64,000 bases of DNA. Source: Mytilus californianus (taxonomy: Eukaryota). How positions within the stretch are numbered: the first letter of the stretch is position 1; every line of letters begins with the position of its first letter. Below are positions 47,528 through 64,000 of the stretch, piece by piece. The DNA lies in NCBI RefSeq assembly GCF_021869535.1, contig NW_026262723.1, positions 20,460,001-20,524,000 of the forward strand. Direction: 5' to 3'. The position numbers were made by a program, and so were the translations under genes. The notes under the pieces were generated by a model, which worked only from the letters and a program-made list of their open reading frames with translations, was not told the origin of the DNA and searched no databases.

Positions 47528-48499
47528 AAAATCAAATTTCAATAGGAACATTGATAAAACTTTTGTTTGAAATCAACTTTTTATGATTGAATCAATGTTT
47601 ATATTAAACTGAATGAAAATATATTATTAATATTGAATAAATACATCATCACACACAGTTAATGAGTATAAAAAAAGTATTTTTGTCTATATATGAATTT
47701 TTTTTTACTCAGGTAAATTAATCAATGAGTGATAGATTTCTCTAAGAAGAAATTTAAAGGTCCCAGTGAATAAACTACACAGAGAAAAATAGCTATTGTA
47801 TTCATTCAATAGGACAGGTGAACTTACAAAAGTTTAAATACCTGGTCTAGAGATGGCACTGAGGAAAACTTTCATTGGGTTCGCAATAATTGTAAATGCC
47901 CCCTGTGGGACCCTGATTAGAATAATAAAATATTTGATTTGATTTGATTTGGTAATTGGTTTTAACTCCCAATGCTTAGTATCTTGTCAATATTAATATG
48001 TACATGTAGTTTGGCACTGGAAAATGTTATGTTTTTTTTCAGACTGTTTATGATGTCTTTACAGTAAATCTGTATACGTTATGGGTTTGTTCATTTTAGA
48101 AGGCTTTAAGGTGACCTATAATTGCGTAATACACATCATTTGGATTCTGTTGAATACATGCAGTTGTATATTTGCAATTTTAACACATGCTCCTTATTTC
48201 ATATTACAAGTCCACAAGATTCCATTTGTTCCTGGAAAACTATATTTTCTTGTTCTTCTGACCTTGAGAAATATCAGTATTTTGAAACCTTCTATAGTGA
48301 TAATTTTACATCAATTTTCATACCATCACAAATAGTTTAAGAGGAGTTATTGCAATCAATTATTTCCTTCTTTGGGCATCCCAACCTAAACTTTAACATA
48401 CATTATTTTTACATCTCAAAAATACTTTTTTGTATTTTCTTTTATTTTCTAATATTTTTCCACCTTATATGTTTTATATACTTATTAAAGAACCTTTGT

Positions 48500-48765
48500 G
48501 AGCACGCTCACATACCCAACATTGTCAGTGGGCAAACACAATCTCACCCAATTCCTAAGCTCAAAGACTCAAAACTCCTACAAAAGTCAACTGATTAAAT
48601 TGCTAGTGGATATGCACATCTACATATTATGTCTTTATTATCTACAAAGTTTCATGAAATTCTGTTGTGTGGTTTCAGAGGAGTTGCAATGACAAGAACA
48701 GAACTGACAGACGGGTCAAAAAACATTAAACCCTGAGGAACTTTGTTCCGTGGGGTATTATAAGG
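48500..48765 (+). mobile_element. Short HINE-type element
   Basis: Core AAGTTTCATGAAATTCTGTTGTGTGGTTTCAGAGGAGTTGC, GACAGACGG microsatellite, hairpin CCCTGAGGAACTTTGTTCCGTGGGG. Confidence 0.6.
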
Positions 48766-49005
48766 TCATCATTCCAAAAGAATGAAGGACCAGCAAAAGT
48801 ATGCTTTCTGTCAGTCCTGTTAATGACAGTAAAATTAAGGTGGTTAAACTCTTGAGTATCCATATTCTTTGTGCTGACCATATTTCTTGGATATGAAACA
48901 ACCCTTTTCTCATCATTTCTTTACTAATCTTAGGCATCCTCGGGTATCTTTTTCCTTGTTCAATTCTGGACATTTAACAAGACACTTAACTAGTTTACTT
49001 TATTT

Positions 49006-49011
49006 TTTATT
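49006..49011 (-). terminator. Poly(A) signal of RPS15A
   Basis: AATAAA 4 nt after the stop codon. Confidence 0.6.
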
Positions 49012-49015
49012 GTCT

Positions 49016-53599
<4,584 letters not shown>

Positions 53600-53970
53600 C
53601 TTGAGCTGAAAGTAATAATGCAATTAAGTAAGTATATAAACTTGTAAAGCATTTTCACTTGTACTTTGCTATTCATCTCAGTCCCATGTTGGATCATTTT
53701 ATTGCAATATCATGATAATGCCACTGTCACATTAACTTTATTAAGACACAGTTGATCAAGTTCATCATTGTTCATATGGTCAGTTTGAATGAATTTCAGA
53801 AATAGCAAAATCATGAAAGTGGATATCTTATTAAAAACTCATAGGCAAAATTTCACAGGGTTTCGTTTTAGCACTTCTGAAACCGAAGGTAGTTAGTGCA
53901 AATATGACAGAATTTTGCAATTTATGATGTTGATAACTTTTTAACTAAATTTTTGTCAATCCTATTGTGC

Positions 53971-54139
53971 TATACACCTTATCGCTATCTCGCTTGAACT
54001 TTTGACATCATACAACAATCACTTTTCCATGCTTGTTTAGTTTATTTTCCATTGTGGCGTCAGATATTTTCTATTATGACGTCAAAATTTAACGGGAACT
54101 TTTGTGATGTCCAGTAATGGCGGACAAATAAGGTGTATT
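53971..54139. mobile_element. MITE with ATACACCTTA...TAAGGTGTAT ends; related copy at 15771-15940, fragment at 12420
   Basis: Inverted ends; body is the reverse complement of 15771-15940. Confidence 0.65.
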
Positions 54140-54871
54140 CAACAGAAGTATTTTACTCAAACCCATAAATGAAACAAATGGCTATTCCTCTACTTCTCTG
54201 GCATTGGATTGAGGGCATAGGCAAAACACGTTTTGGGGTTATCTTCATCCAAGCAAAGAACCGAATGTATGCATGAATTTCAATGGTCCTGCGAAAACTT
54301 TGTGCAGAGTTGGGCGACACTTAATACTAGAGGGTTAGTCAAAAGGCATGAAACTTTTATTTTGCAAGACTGCTCGACATACTTGGGCTCACAATGTTGG
54401 GAATCTGAGTTATGAATAGCTGCTGCAAATCAACAATTGCAACCCATCTTAACTATTTTGAAGCTGTCGGTTTATTCAAACACTAATGAAATACTTGACA
54501 GGAAAGTTTGAATCGGTGACAATTAAGATTGGAGATTAGTCAGTAACGTTTAATGCATACTTAAACAGTATTGTCATTTTACATTAAATATTTAACAGTG
54601 TGTCCACTCTATATCCTTACTGAAATTTAAAGTTATTTAAACATAATTAAATGATGTGATCGCAACAGATCTCAGTACGTTGATTCATGATGGACATGTC
54701 AAAGAACCAGATTGATTTTCCGATAATATGCTGTAAATTAAAGAAAAATTATCATTTACTTTTAAAGGTATTGGTTAAATTTATCATTTAAAGGCCTTTT
54801 ATTCATTCAAATATTGTTCATTAGTTAGGATGATTGCAGATAATTTCAAACACAAATAATTTGGCATGTAC

Positions 54872-54897
54872 CGTTGAAATTAGCGGAAGTAAAGGAC
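54872..54897 (-). promoter_or_regulatory. RPS15A: Putative non-coding first exon of RPS15A with pyrimidine-rich (TOP-like) start
   Basis: Minus strand TTTTCGTCCTTTACTTCCGCTAATTTCAACG|GTACAT; contains an ETS-type CGGAAG motif; ribosomal protein genes typically have such an exon. Confidence 0.6.
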
Positions 54898-55035
54898 GAA
54901 AACAGTGAAAGGAATTGTGGGTAAAACAGGTGCTCGTCTTAGTATAGAAAACGTTTTTCATTACATTGATTTTATTTTATCTATAAAACGTTTTGCTGAC
55001 CTATTTCGTCGACAAGGCAATGTAAACAACATGGC
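54898..55035. promoter_or_regulatory. Putative bidirectional promoter between RPS15A and the + strand gene
   Basis: About 130 bp between the RPS15A start and a YY1-like AACATGGC at ~55028-55035; locally CpG-enriched. Confidence 0.45.
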
Positions 55036-55392
55036 CTCCAAGATTTGCTTCTGCTTCTGCCAGATAATTTGCTCTCTGCTTTCTCGTTATCCGACGTCTG
55101 ATGGTAGTAGAATGAATCACATGTTTATCGCATAGGTATACCCTCGACTAACATTTCAGTGTAATATTTATGTAAGGTTTACTTAACTGCCAGAAAAGTG
55201 TGAAAAAATGAAAGATTTTAATAGTGACAGTAGTGTAAAGTAAACTATAATACAGAAATTATAAAATATTTCCAATATCCTTGACACTATCGATATAGCT
55301 TGCATGATATGATAAGATACGAAAGTTTTATTTTGATTTGGTTCACATATCACAGTACATATATAAGCTCTTGAGAATTTTTGACCGATTAA

Positions 55393-55979
55393 GGTTCATC
55401 ATAACAAACGTACAAAAATGGCTTTATTTACATCTCAAAAACTACTCTGAGAACAGACTAACCATGTACAGTTGGAAAAGTTTTAAGGCCTGGCATCCAC
55501 TAGATATATAAAAGTTAAATGCATTTTGTGTTTCAGAAAGATAAAAAAACTTTTTTGGATTTTGATGGGCATTTTTTTTTGTTCCTGCAGAAGGTGTCAA
55601 AATAAACTAAGTTGGGATACAACTTTGAGATGCTCCCTCTCAGGTAACAACTTATTGTATTGTCTTGATTGGCATGGACAATAGACAGAAAATAGATATC
55701 TACACAACTGTAGGTGAGTTAAAGGGTGTAATTGAGTGGACAGTATCAAATGAAATTCAGGTGTTTGTTTATTTTTACACCTTCTGCAGGAACGAAAAAA
55801 AAATGCCAATCAAAATCCAAAAAAGATTTTATCTTTCTGAAACACAAATTGCATTTAACTTTTATATATCTAGTGGATGCCAGGCCTTAAAACTTTACAG
55901 ACTGGACAGGTTAGTCTGTACTCAGAGTAGTTTTTGAGATGTAAATACAGTCATTTTTGTCTATTTGTTATGATGAACC
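55393..55979. mobile_element. Foldback MITE, ~220-bp TIRs, TTAA TSD, GG termini (Kolobok-like)
   Basis: TTAA|GGTTCATCATAACAAA ... TTTGTTATGATGAACC|TTAA; arms 55393-55610 and 55765-55979 are inverted. Confidence 0.85.
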
Positions 55980-56019
55980 TTAAATAGATAACATATACAT
56001 GACATTAAAACAGAAAGGA

Positions 56020-56200
56020 ATCAGGACAACTCAGATCAAAGACAACTTTGATCACTTTAAAAGACAACTCAGTCTATTTTGAAAGACAACTCATTACAAC
56101 TTAAAAGACAAGTTCTAATGAGTGGTCTTAAGTTGTCTTACAGGTGGTCCAAGTTGTCTTAAAAGTGGTCCAAGTTGTCTTGGTCTGAGTTGTCATGTAT
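56020..56200. repeat. GACAACTC/GAGTTGTC short-period inverted repeat; related fragment at 4915-5000
   Basis: GACAACTC copies followed by GGTCCAAGTTGTCTT copies in the opposite orientation. Confidence 0.55.
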
Positions 56201-56874
56201 TCAACAGAGAGCATGCAGATAACTTATATCATGTATATTACAGTACATAGATACAGCATATTGAAATAAATGCAAAGCAATACTAAACTACACATCTAAA
56301 CATGCCAAAACTGAAGCATAACTAAAATTAAAGCAAAACTAATTTAAAGCATTTAAAATTAAAGCAAACACCTGCACTGATGCATGATGTAAAATGATCC
56401 TTCTGGTCGATAGGCTTATTTACACTTTTGATATTTAGCTAAATTTTGTCTCCAAATGACTCTAGATCTGTCTCTGAATAACCTTTTAAGGTCAAGCAAC
56501 AGTCACTTTTTAATTATGACATCAATTTTTTTAAATTGTGATACAATATTTTGCAGGAACTTGTTTGGTATTGAGTAATGGTAGACAAATTTGCAAGTGT
56601 AAATAAGTCTATTATTTTGATAATTTTTTCCAAATGGGTATATTTATTTCCTTCCACTTATAATATTAAGACATATAAATGTAAACTAATTATCTGTTCC
56701 TTGTTTTAAAAAAATGTAAATCAAGCACCGAACTGGGAAAATCATAGGAAAGGGCTATTATTGTTATAAATAAGTATGAGAATGAGAATTCTTGTGTCCA
56801 AATTTTCACAGCAGAGCACACTTGTGACAAAATTACTTTTTGTTAAATAATATATTCCTTTTCAAAATAGACCT

Positions 56875-57065
56875 ATAGTTTTTAACTTCTACTTCATTTT
56901 GTCTCTGGTGGAGAGTTGTCTCATTGGCAATCATACCACATCTTATTTTTATATCATTAATGTTGAAGGCCATACTGTCAGTGACCTATAGTTGCCAAGA
57001 TCTACGTCACTTGGTCTTTGATGGATAGTTTTCTCATTGGCAATCATACCACTTCTCCATATTTT
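56875..57065 (+). mobile_element. Two short tandem PLE 3'-UTR repeat ends
   Basis: GTTGTCTCATTGGCAATCATACCACATCTT and GTTTTCTCATTGGCAATCATACCACTTCTCC. Confidence 0.65.
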
Positions 57066-58620
57066 ATATTCTGTCAAAACACTTAATGCATATAATTATG
57101 TTACATGTACATGCATAAACATTATTAAATAATGTGTCTGAAATTACCCGGACCTGGTGGCCAAACAGGTTTTGTGGCTTGAATGCATCAATAGCCCTTG
57201 CACTAGTTTTATAGACTATATATTTTTATATTCACTTCAGTATTTCATGTTTTCCTTGATCATTAATCATTGTAAGTTAAATTACAATGTTTTCTTAAGA
57301 ATCAGTTTTACTATGGCCTTGTTTAACATTACTTCTCAGTTTTTGACAAAACTCCATAAAGATCCAACTAATTTTAAATTAATTGATTATAAACCTAAGG
57401 TTACTTGGATGATGTTTCTTGCTTTGTATACACTGTAATTCAAACTTGTATACTGAAATTTCTGTAATTTCAAGTAATCTGATATGATCATAATTGGGAA
57501 TAAATAAAATTTAAAAAGTACTTTATCTTTCCCAACATATTATTAAAGAGGAAAGATCAGATTTGCTATACTTAGAAAATACTTTGTGCATATAAATTAG
57601 AATCTTTTTAAGCTTTGTTTCACATTTGTAATTTTTTTTATACCTGAATTAATGATTTATTTTTAAGATTGTTAATTTTCTTACCAACAGCAGTATATTA
57701 TATTCCTGTAAAATGTTCAATATCAGCACCAGACTGAGATTATGTGATAGATGACAAGTGTTCTCTCAGCCTGGTGGTGAAAATGACTGTTATATGAAGC
57801 AGAAATTCTTAAAGATATCTTGAGCATTGAAAAGCACATATATATATATTTCTCTACAAATTTTACTTTGAAAAAGGGTAAATAAATCTTGTTTGCAAAA
57901 ATTGCAAGGGACTTAAAAACCACTGAGTGTAGTTACCAGTTCCAATTACTGTTTAACTATTCTGATTTTAAAGGAAAGGGTTGGATGAGCCTGCTTTGGC
58001 TTAATTTTTAATAAATCTTTGTGTTTGAAATTGAAAACAAACAACATGACATATTGTTTAGAATTCATGATGTTATGGAAAAAAAACTTCTACACATTTT
58101 CATAAAAATACATACTAGGTTTTAATTCATATGGTTTAAATTTTGGGACCTGGATATACATGTATACAACACACACAAAAACTAGATGAGTAATTAACTG
58201 TAGTTTTATATGCATTTTTATATAGAAACATAATAAAATGTTTATATGAACAATTACCACCTCTCTTTAAAATATTTACACAAACTTTGTGCATGCACTC
58301 TTTATTTTTTCACTCTCATATATGTTTTCAGTTTTTAAAGAAAAATTAAATTTTGAAAAAAAGAGTTATGCCATTTTTCATCCTTTAAATTGCAGTGAAA
58401 ATTTACATCAGATGTAGAATGCAAATATTCTTGCTTTTTTTCCCTGCTGTTATTAAGGAATTAACAAGTATTTTATGAATAAAAGATTGTAAATTGAAAC
58501 AGTTCAGATTATTGATATATATTTTACTTTGTGGTTCACTTTTGATAAATCAGATAAACCTTAATTTACATGCTATACAAATGTATATTCTATTTCTTTA
58601 AGGATATAATTCCTGCCAAG

Positions 58621-58722
58621 ATGTCTATGTACAGTACCAGACCAACCACAATAAGAAGTGGCATTACTTTGAAGCCAAAATATAATGTCCAACACTGTTC
58701 AGATAAACACACAGAAGAACAG
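58621..58722 (+). CDS. Unknown gene, first coding exon
   Basis: TTCTTTAAG acceptor at 58602, GCCAAGATGT start context, CAG|GTATAT donor. Confidence 0.7.
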
Positions 58723-61700
58723 GTATATTTTATTTAAACCAGTTTTAATTTTATTTAAAAACAAATCAAGTTAAATGAGTGTAAAGTATAGTTAGAGCAA
58801 CTGCATATTAGCCCAAAACTCAAATAAATGAAATTTTTTTGCAGTGTGATCTCAGAACTTTATTGACACTCTAGGCAGTTTACACTGTACCAAGAGGCAC
58901 ACAAATGATACAAATAATATTTTACAATGGTGAACAAGATAGAAAAAAATATACATACATAGTTCATTATACCTTATTCTCTGTAGTCTGTACACAAGTA
59001 TACACATAAATAACACGTGAAATCTCTGATAGAAATACAATCTAATTAGAACTCACAAAGTTTAGGTAATTTGAGTATTTGAACATAAAACTAAAAATAG
59101 TTCTTTATGATATATAGATATAAGAAGATGTGGTATGAGTGCCATTGAAACAACTATCCATCCAAGTCAAAATTTATAAAAGTAAACCATTATAGGTCAA
59201 AGTACGGTCTTCAACACAGAGCCTTGGCTCACACAAAACAGCAAGCTATAAAGGGCCCCAAAAATATATACATTTTGTATTAGTCAGGATTTAATTATTT
59301 TCTCTCTCTCTTTCTCTCTCTCTCTTTGTTCATATTTGAAGGGAAGGAGAAACATTTAAACAATTTTTATCTCTGTGTTTCTGATATCATTGAAGTGGAT
59401 TTTCACGGTCATTTCTGATTTAGCATGTATCATCTTCAATTATTACAAAGCTCAAAAAAACCAATGTTCCTTGTAAAAAAAATTGACATAATAGCTGTTG
59501 TTTGAAAAGAACATGTGTTATTCAAAACAAAAATTTTTGTACAATGTATGCGGCACTGTGCACCTCATATTTCCAGTCATCCTTTATTTTGACCAAAAAG
59601 TTTTTAAAGCATCAATTTGCAATGTACATGATGTAGTGTATAGTCTACATGAATTTGTCAATAAGTCTTTATTAAACATATGAAAGGCTTAACTTTTTTA
59701 CTTTATTTTCTAGTAACAATCTGTTCCCTGGCCAATAGATTAGAGAATAAAATCTTTTGGGTGATTCCATATCTGTATCTTGTTCTATTGTTGAATGCAT
59801 TTTATGGTTATTTGAAAAAAAATCCTATTTTTCTTATATTTTATACTAATTTATGAATATTGTTTTGTTTATGATTAGATTATATAATCATTTCAATATA
59901 CACAGATAAAATTATAATTTGAGACTTTTTTATGCACATTTTATTCATTAAAGCATAATTATAATATATATATATATATAACTGTTTCTTCTGTTATAGA
60001 AAGATATAGTGAGAAATGCTCAGGCAGAACTACATACGATTATTACAGCATTGGAAGTAGTGAAGTCAGATCAAGAGGTTGACCGACTTAGAGAGGACTG
60101 CGTGAAAATCAAAGAAAAAGTAGATAAAGCTTTGTTGACCTTGAAAATCTTGTATAAGATAAATGCTGAGTTACAGTATGCCAGAGCAGATGTCAGGAAT
60201 GGAGAAGGGGAGCTAATCACTATTGCTCGTAAACGTGTAAAATGGTTAGAGGATCGTATGGCCACGCTATGTGGTAAAAATAAGCGTCAGGTATGAACTT
60301 CTATTTATAGAAATTTATTTTATGATCAAAAATGATGTGTGAAGTGGGAATATTCATGTTAGCTTTCAAGAGTAAAGATTAATTTGTTTCACATGTATTA
60401 CAAAAATTTAATCGAATGAAATAATTGTAAATAATTTACAAAAGTAAAAAGAAATCACCATACAAGTTAATGGTATATACCTTATACTATGATATTTTAA
60501 TTACCGGTACTTCACAGCAACATATGCTCAATTAGAAGCATGCATTTATATGTAGAAACCAAATTTTGGATGCTATAGCATAAGATAACATCAGGTCATT
60601 GCTTCAGAATTGGCATGATTTATAACTGATAAATTAGAAATGATTAAGAAACTAAGGTTCTAACTGCCTCAAGTCCAATAAGATGGATTTGTCTATTCTT
60701 TTTGATCAAACAGCTGCTCTGTCTATGAAGAAACAACATCAAAAATGTGGTGTTCACTGAATAACCCGTGTAGCAGGTTATAAAAGTGTACACAACAGCT
60801 TTGAGGTTATTTCGAATAGAAGGAAAAAATATTACAGTCATTATGCCCTGCTGTAGTTTTACTCTTGTCCGTCAGTACATAGAGACGTACGGACGTCCCA
60901 AAATTGGTTTCCTTTCTCTAACTTGAGTTTGCCTCAACCAAATGTTACGAAACTTATACACAATGCTTATTATCACAAAATACAGATCAAGTTTGAATTT
61001 TTGTAGCGTCACTCTAACCGTTAGAGTAATGCCCCTTTATCAATGGAAAAATTACAAAATTTTTAGTTTCCGTTCTCTAACTTAAGTTTGCCTCAACCAA
61101 ATGTTATGAAACTTAAACACAATGCTTATTACCACAAAACAGATTAAGTTTGAATTTTGGTGGGGTCACTATAACCACTCTAGAGTTATTCCTCTTTATA
61201 AATGGAAAAATTGCAAAATGTTTAGTTTCCGTTCTCTAACTTAAGTTTGCCTCAACCAAATATTATGAAACTTATACACAATGCTTATTACCACAAAATA
61301 AAGATCAAGTTTGAATTTTGGTGGGGTCACTTTAACCATTCTCGAGTTATGCCCCTTTATAAATGGAAAAAAATGCAAAATTTTTAGTTTCCATTCTCTT
61401 ACTTAAGTTGCCTCAACCAAATGTTATTAAACTTATACACAATGCTTTTTACCACAAAACACAGATCAAGTTGAATTTTGGTGGCGTCACTTTAATCATT
61501 ATCGAGTTATGCCCCTTTATAAATTGAAAAAATTGCAAAATATTTAGTTTCCATTCTGTAACTTAAGTTTGCCCCAACCAAACATTATGAAACCTTTCCA
61601 CAATACTTATTACCACAAAACTCAGATCAAGTACAAATTTGGGTAGCGTCACTTTTATTGTTCTTGAGTTATGTCCCTTTATAATGTTGTATGCAAGCGG

Positions 61701-63976
61701 GGGCATCATCTGTGTCCATGGGGACACATTCTCCATTTATTCCTTATAATTTATTTCTAAATTCAATTTTTTCATGAGTAAACCATGCAAAAATGTTGAT
61801 GATGTCACTGTCACATGACAAAATTATGTCTATGAGCTGATAGACAAAAAACTTTTAGCCAATCAGAAGATTTGTTAAATCCAAAATTAAATTATCTGTT
61901 TATATCATAGGCTTTCAAAGTTTTGGATGTGACTATTGTGAGTATTCCTGAGGAAAAAAAATCAAAAGTGTTTTGGACACATCAAAGTTATAAAATGTTC
62001 ACATTGTGATAGTGCTTCTTGTAGCATTTGCATAGGGAAGGGTATTTTTTTCTCAGAATGCACTCTTAGTGTGATTGGCTTCACTTTAGGGCACCCTTTG
62101 GGTAGACAAGGACTACACGTTTAAGGCACCTTTTACATAGATATAAAGGCACTGTTATGGATAGGAATTTTCAGAATATGCCATTGTTTCCTGTTTACAG
62201 TTAAGAAATAAAGATATGCATATTAGGTAACTAATTTCATTCCTTTTTGTCTTGCCGGCGACAAAAGTCACGGGAAGCGAGACATAGGGATTACTTTTCC
62301 AGCGACAGCGGTTGCATCAACAATTGTTAAGTTTTCTGCTTAGTTAGTTTGAAAGGAATACTTGTGATAGATCATTGATATTTAATACAAAGTTGCATTA
62401 CTATCAGCACATACATTGTATCAGTTTGACGACTATTTCTAGGCCCTGCCCCCTAGGTCATGGTCCAGCAACTTTGAATTAACTAGCAACTTTCAATGTT
62501 AAGTTTTCTGCTTAAGTTAGTTTGATAGGAACTATTTGTGATAGATCATTGATATTTTATATAAAGTTGCATTACTATCGGTACATATCGTTTTGACGAC
62601 TATTTTGAGGACCTGCCCCCTAAGTCATGGTCCAGTGACTTTGAATTAATAAGCAATTTTCAATGTTAAGTTTTCTGCTTAAGTTAGTTTGATAGGATCT
62701 ACTTGTGATAAATCAAGGATATTTTATATGAAGTCGCATTTCTGTCAGTACATATCAGTTTGATGACTATTTTAAGGCCACAGCCCCTAGGACATGGTCC
62801 AGTGACTTTGAATTAATAAGCAATTTTCAATGTTAAGTTTTCTGCTTGAGTTAGTTTGATAGGATCTACTTGTGATAGATCAATGATATTTTGTATGAAG
62901 TCGCATTACTATCAGTACATATCTGTTTGATGACTATTTTGAGGCCCTGCCCCCCTAGGTCATGGTCCAGTGACTTTGTATTAATTAGCAATTTTCAATG
63001 TTAAGTTTTCTGCTTAAGTCAGTTTGATAAGAACTACTTGTGGCAGATCAATAATATTTTGTATAAAGTTGCATTACTATCAGTACATCTCAGCTTGTTG
63101 ACCATTTCTAGGCCCTTCCCACAAGATCATGGTTCAGCGACTTTGAATTAATAAGCAATGTTGCTGTCCATCAGATTGTCTTTTTCTGAATTTTATGTGG
63201 ACAGTCGAGACATATCTCTGTGTCAACAGTTTATTGTAATAAAATTATCAATTCTAGATTCAGCTAATAGAATCTTGATAGTGCAACTGCCTCCTTTAAA
63301 TCTATACCTCTAGTTATATACTTTTATACCGGAGCCCTCATTGTCTAAGGATGTGTTGTGAATGTGTCAAGACTTGCATGACCAAGAGTATGCATTGTTT
63401 TTTAGCTGCACAAAAGAATAAGTGCCAAATATTTTTCGAATCTGACATGTTCATTTCCTTGGCTCAAACTGTACAACACTGTTTAGGCTATTCATCTTTT
63501 TTTTTTCAACTTAATTCTGTTGTTTTTTTGGGTTTTTTTTTGACTGATGGGGTGTTGATTTTTGGTACTAAAAATCTTATCAATTAGCCTGTAATTGACT
63601 TATTATCTTTCAGGAATAGGTCATGCATTGTAGATGTAATTAAAACTATATAAGCTATTCTCTTAACATTAATTTTTCAAAGTGAAAAGACTTGTCTTTT
63701 GAATTGGAGATAAAAGTCAGTTTAAACATTTGTATTTTATATAAAAAACTAAGGTTATTTTAACATTTATATTGTTTAATTTAATAGGGTCAAACTGGAC
63801 TAAGACAATCTCATAAAACATACACAACAGCTGTAACGTTTCGATCAGACAGTGAGGACTTTAGTGAACAGAGACTCCCTCCCATTAGCCAGAGACCAGG
63901 TTATTCTGATGATGAAGGACCTAGTTCACTGTATACACCATCTATCAGTGGATCAGAAGATTTACAGGAACTACAG
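58621..63976 (+). CDS. Uncharacterised protein with N-terminal helical/coiled-coil region; 5' part only, continues beyond the window
   Basis: Exons 58603-58722 (ATG 58621), 60000-60290 and 63788-63976, all AG/GT-bounded and all phase 0: MSMYSTRPTTIRSGITLKPKYNVQHCSDKHTEEQ|KDIVRNAQAELHTIITALEVVK...RVKWLEDRMATLCGKNKRQ|GQTGLRQSHKTYTT...SGSEDLQELQ. Confidence 0.8.
59115..59265 (-). mobile_element. Dispersed PLE 3'-UTR repeat end
   Basis: ATAAGAAGATGTGGTATGAGTGCCATTGAAACAACTATCC...GCTATAAAGGGCCCC. Confidence 0.7.
60000..60290 (+). CDS. Unknown gene, 97-codon helical exon
   Basis: TTCTGTTATAG acceptor, CAG|GTATGA donor; coincides with ORF 60009-60296. Confidence 0.85.
60841..61738 (-). mobile_element. 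pearl/HINE family A element, ~5 cores of ~160 bp
   Basis: TTAGTTTCC motif at 61063, 61222, 61384; reverse complement of 43921-44930. Confidence 0.8.
62253..63160 (-). mobile_element. pearl/HINE element with ~167-bp array, related to 42570-43478
   Basis: TTAAGTTTTCTGCTT at 62499, 62666, 62833, 63001; end TTTTTGTCTTGCC...GCGAGACATAGG mirrors the 43.45-kb tail. Confidence 0.75.
63788..63976 (+). CDS. Unknown gene, Ser/acidic low-complexity exon
   Basis: TTTAATAG acceptor, CAG|GTACAG donor, 63 open codons. Confidence 0.8.
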
Positions 63977-64000
63977 GTACAGTACATGCACATGTGTACA

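Larger units (their letters stand above)
45051..47889. mobile_element. Long-TIR foldback element (~350-bp arms) with several nested insertions
   Basis: 45051-45400 plus 45750-45850 is the reverse complement of 47530-47889; the left arm is split by PLE 3'-UTR repeat copies. Confidence 0.75.

Noticed and set aside
48758-48973. 71-aa minus ORF just 3' of RPS15A
   Set aside because: Lies past the poly(A) signal, has no recognisable homology and no supporting splice structure.
54331-54338. CTAACCCT on the minus strand after a U-run, resembling a telomerase RNA template
   Set aside because: About one such 8-mer is expected by chance in this window. The downstream hairpin loop lacks the U-rich/A-rich triple-helix arrangement of the TR pseudoknot, and no CR4/5 or H/ACA domain fits before the MITE at 54139.

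Overview
AT-rich eukaryotic genomic DNA with spliceosomal introns; the repeat content points to a bivalve mollusc, most likely Mytilus (inference). There is a 335-N assembly gap at 6740-7074. Genes reconstructed by hand from GT-AG exons, most of them missed by the ORF track: (1) a complete 6-exon CENP-X/STRA13/MHF2 gene on + (12511-22242, 80 aa) with a CDE/CHR-type promoter element; (2) a complete RPS15A gene on - (CDS 49016-53599, 130 aa, plus a putative TOP-like non-coding first exon) hosting a well-formed H/ACA snoRNA candidate in an intron; (3) an unidentified coiled-coil gene on +, head-to-head with RPS15A and running off the right end; (4) an orphan coding exon on - at 35.7-36.2 kb. The rest is mobile DNA: Penelope-like element fragments (one canonical type, several Naiad-type), L2/CR1-group LINE 3' ends, tRNA-derived SINEs, many pearl/HINE-type elements with internal tandem arrays, and MITE/foldback elements with clear target-site duplications of 4, 5, 7 and 8 bp and TTAA. 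The most striking unannotated signals are two intact minimal type-I hammerhead ribozymes. One is in a 538-bp tandem unit inserted in a (TA)n tract (retrozyme or PLE pseudo-LTR-like). Also notable are the intronic snoRNA and an inverted MITE pair bracketing CENP-X exon 2. No database searches or folding programs were run; family assignments rest on motif recognition.
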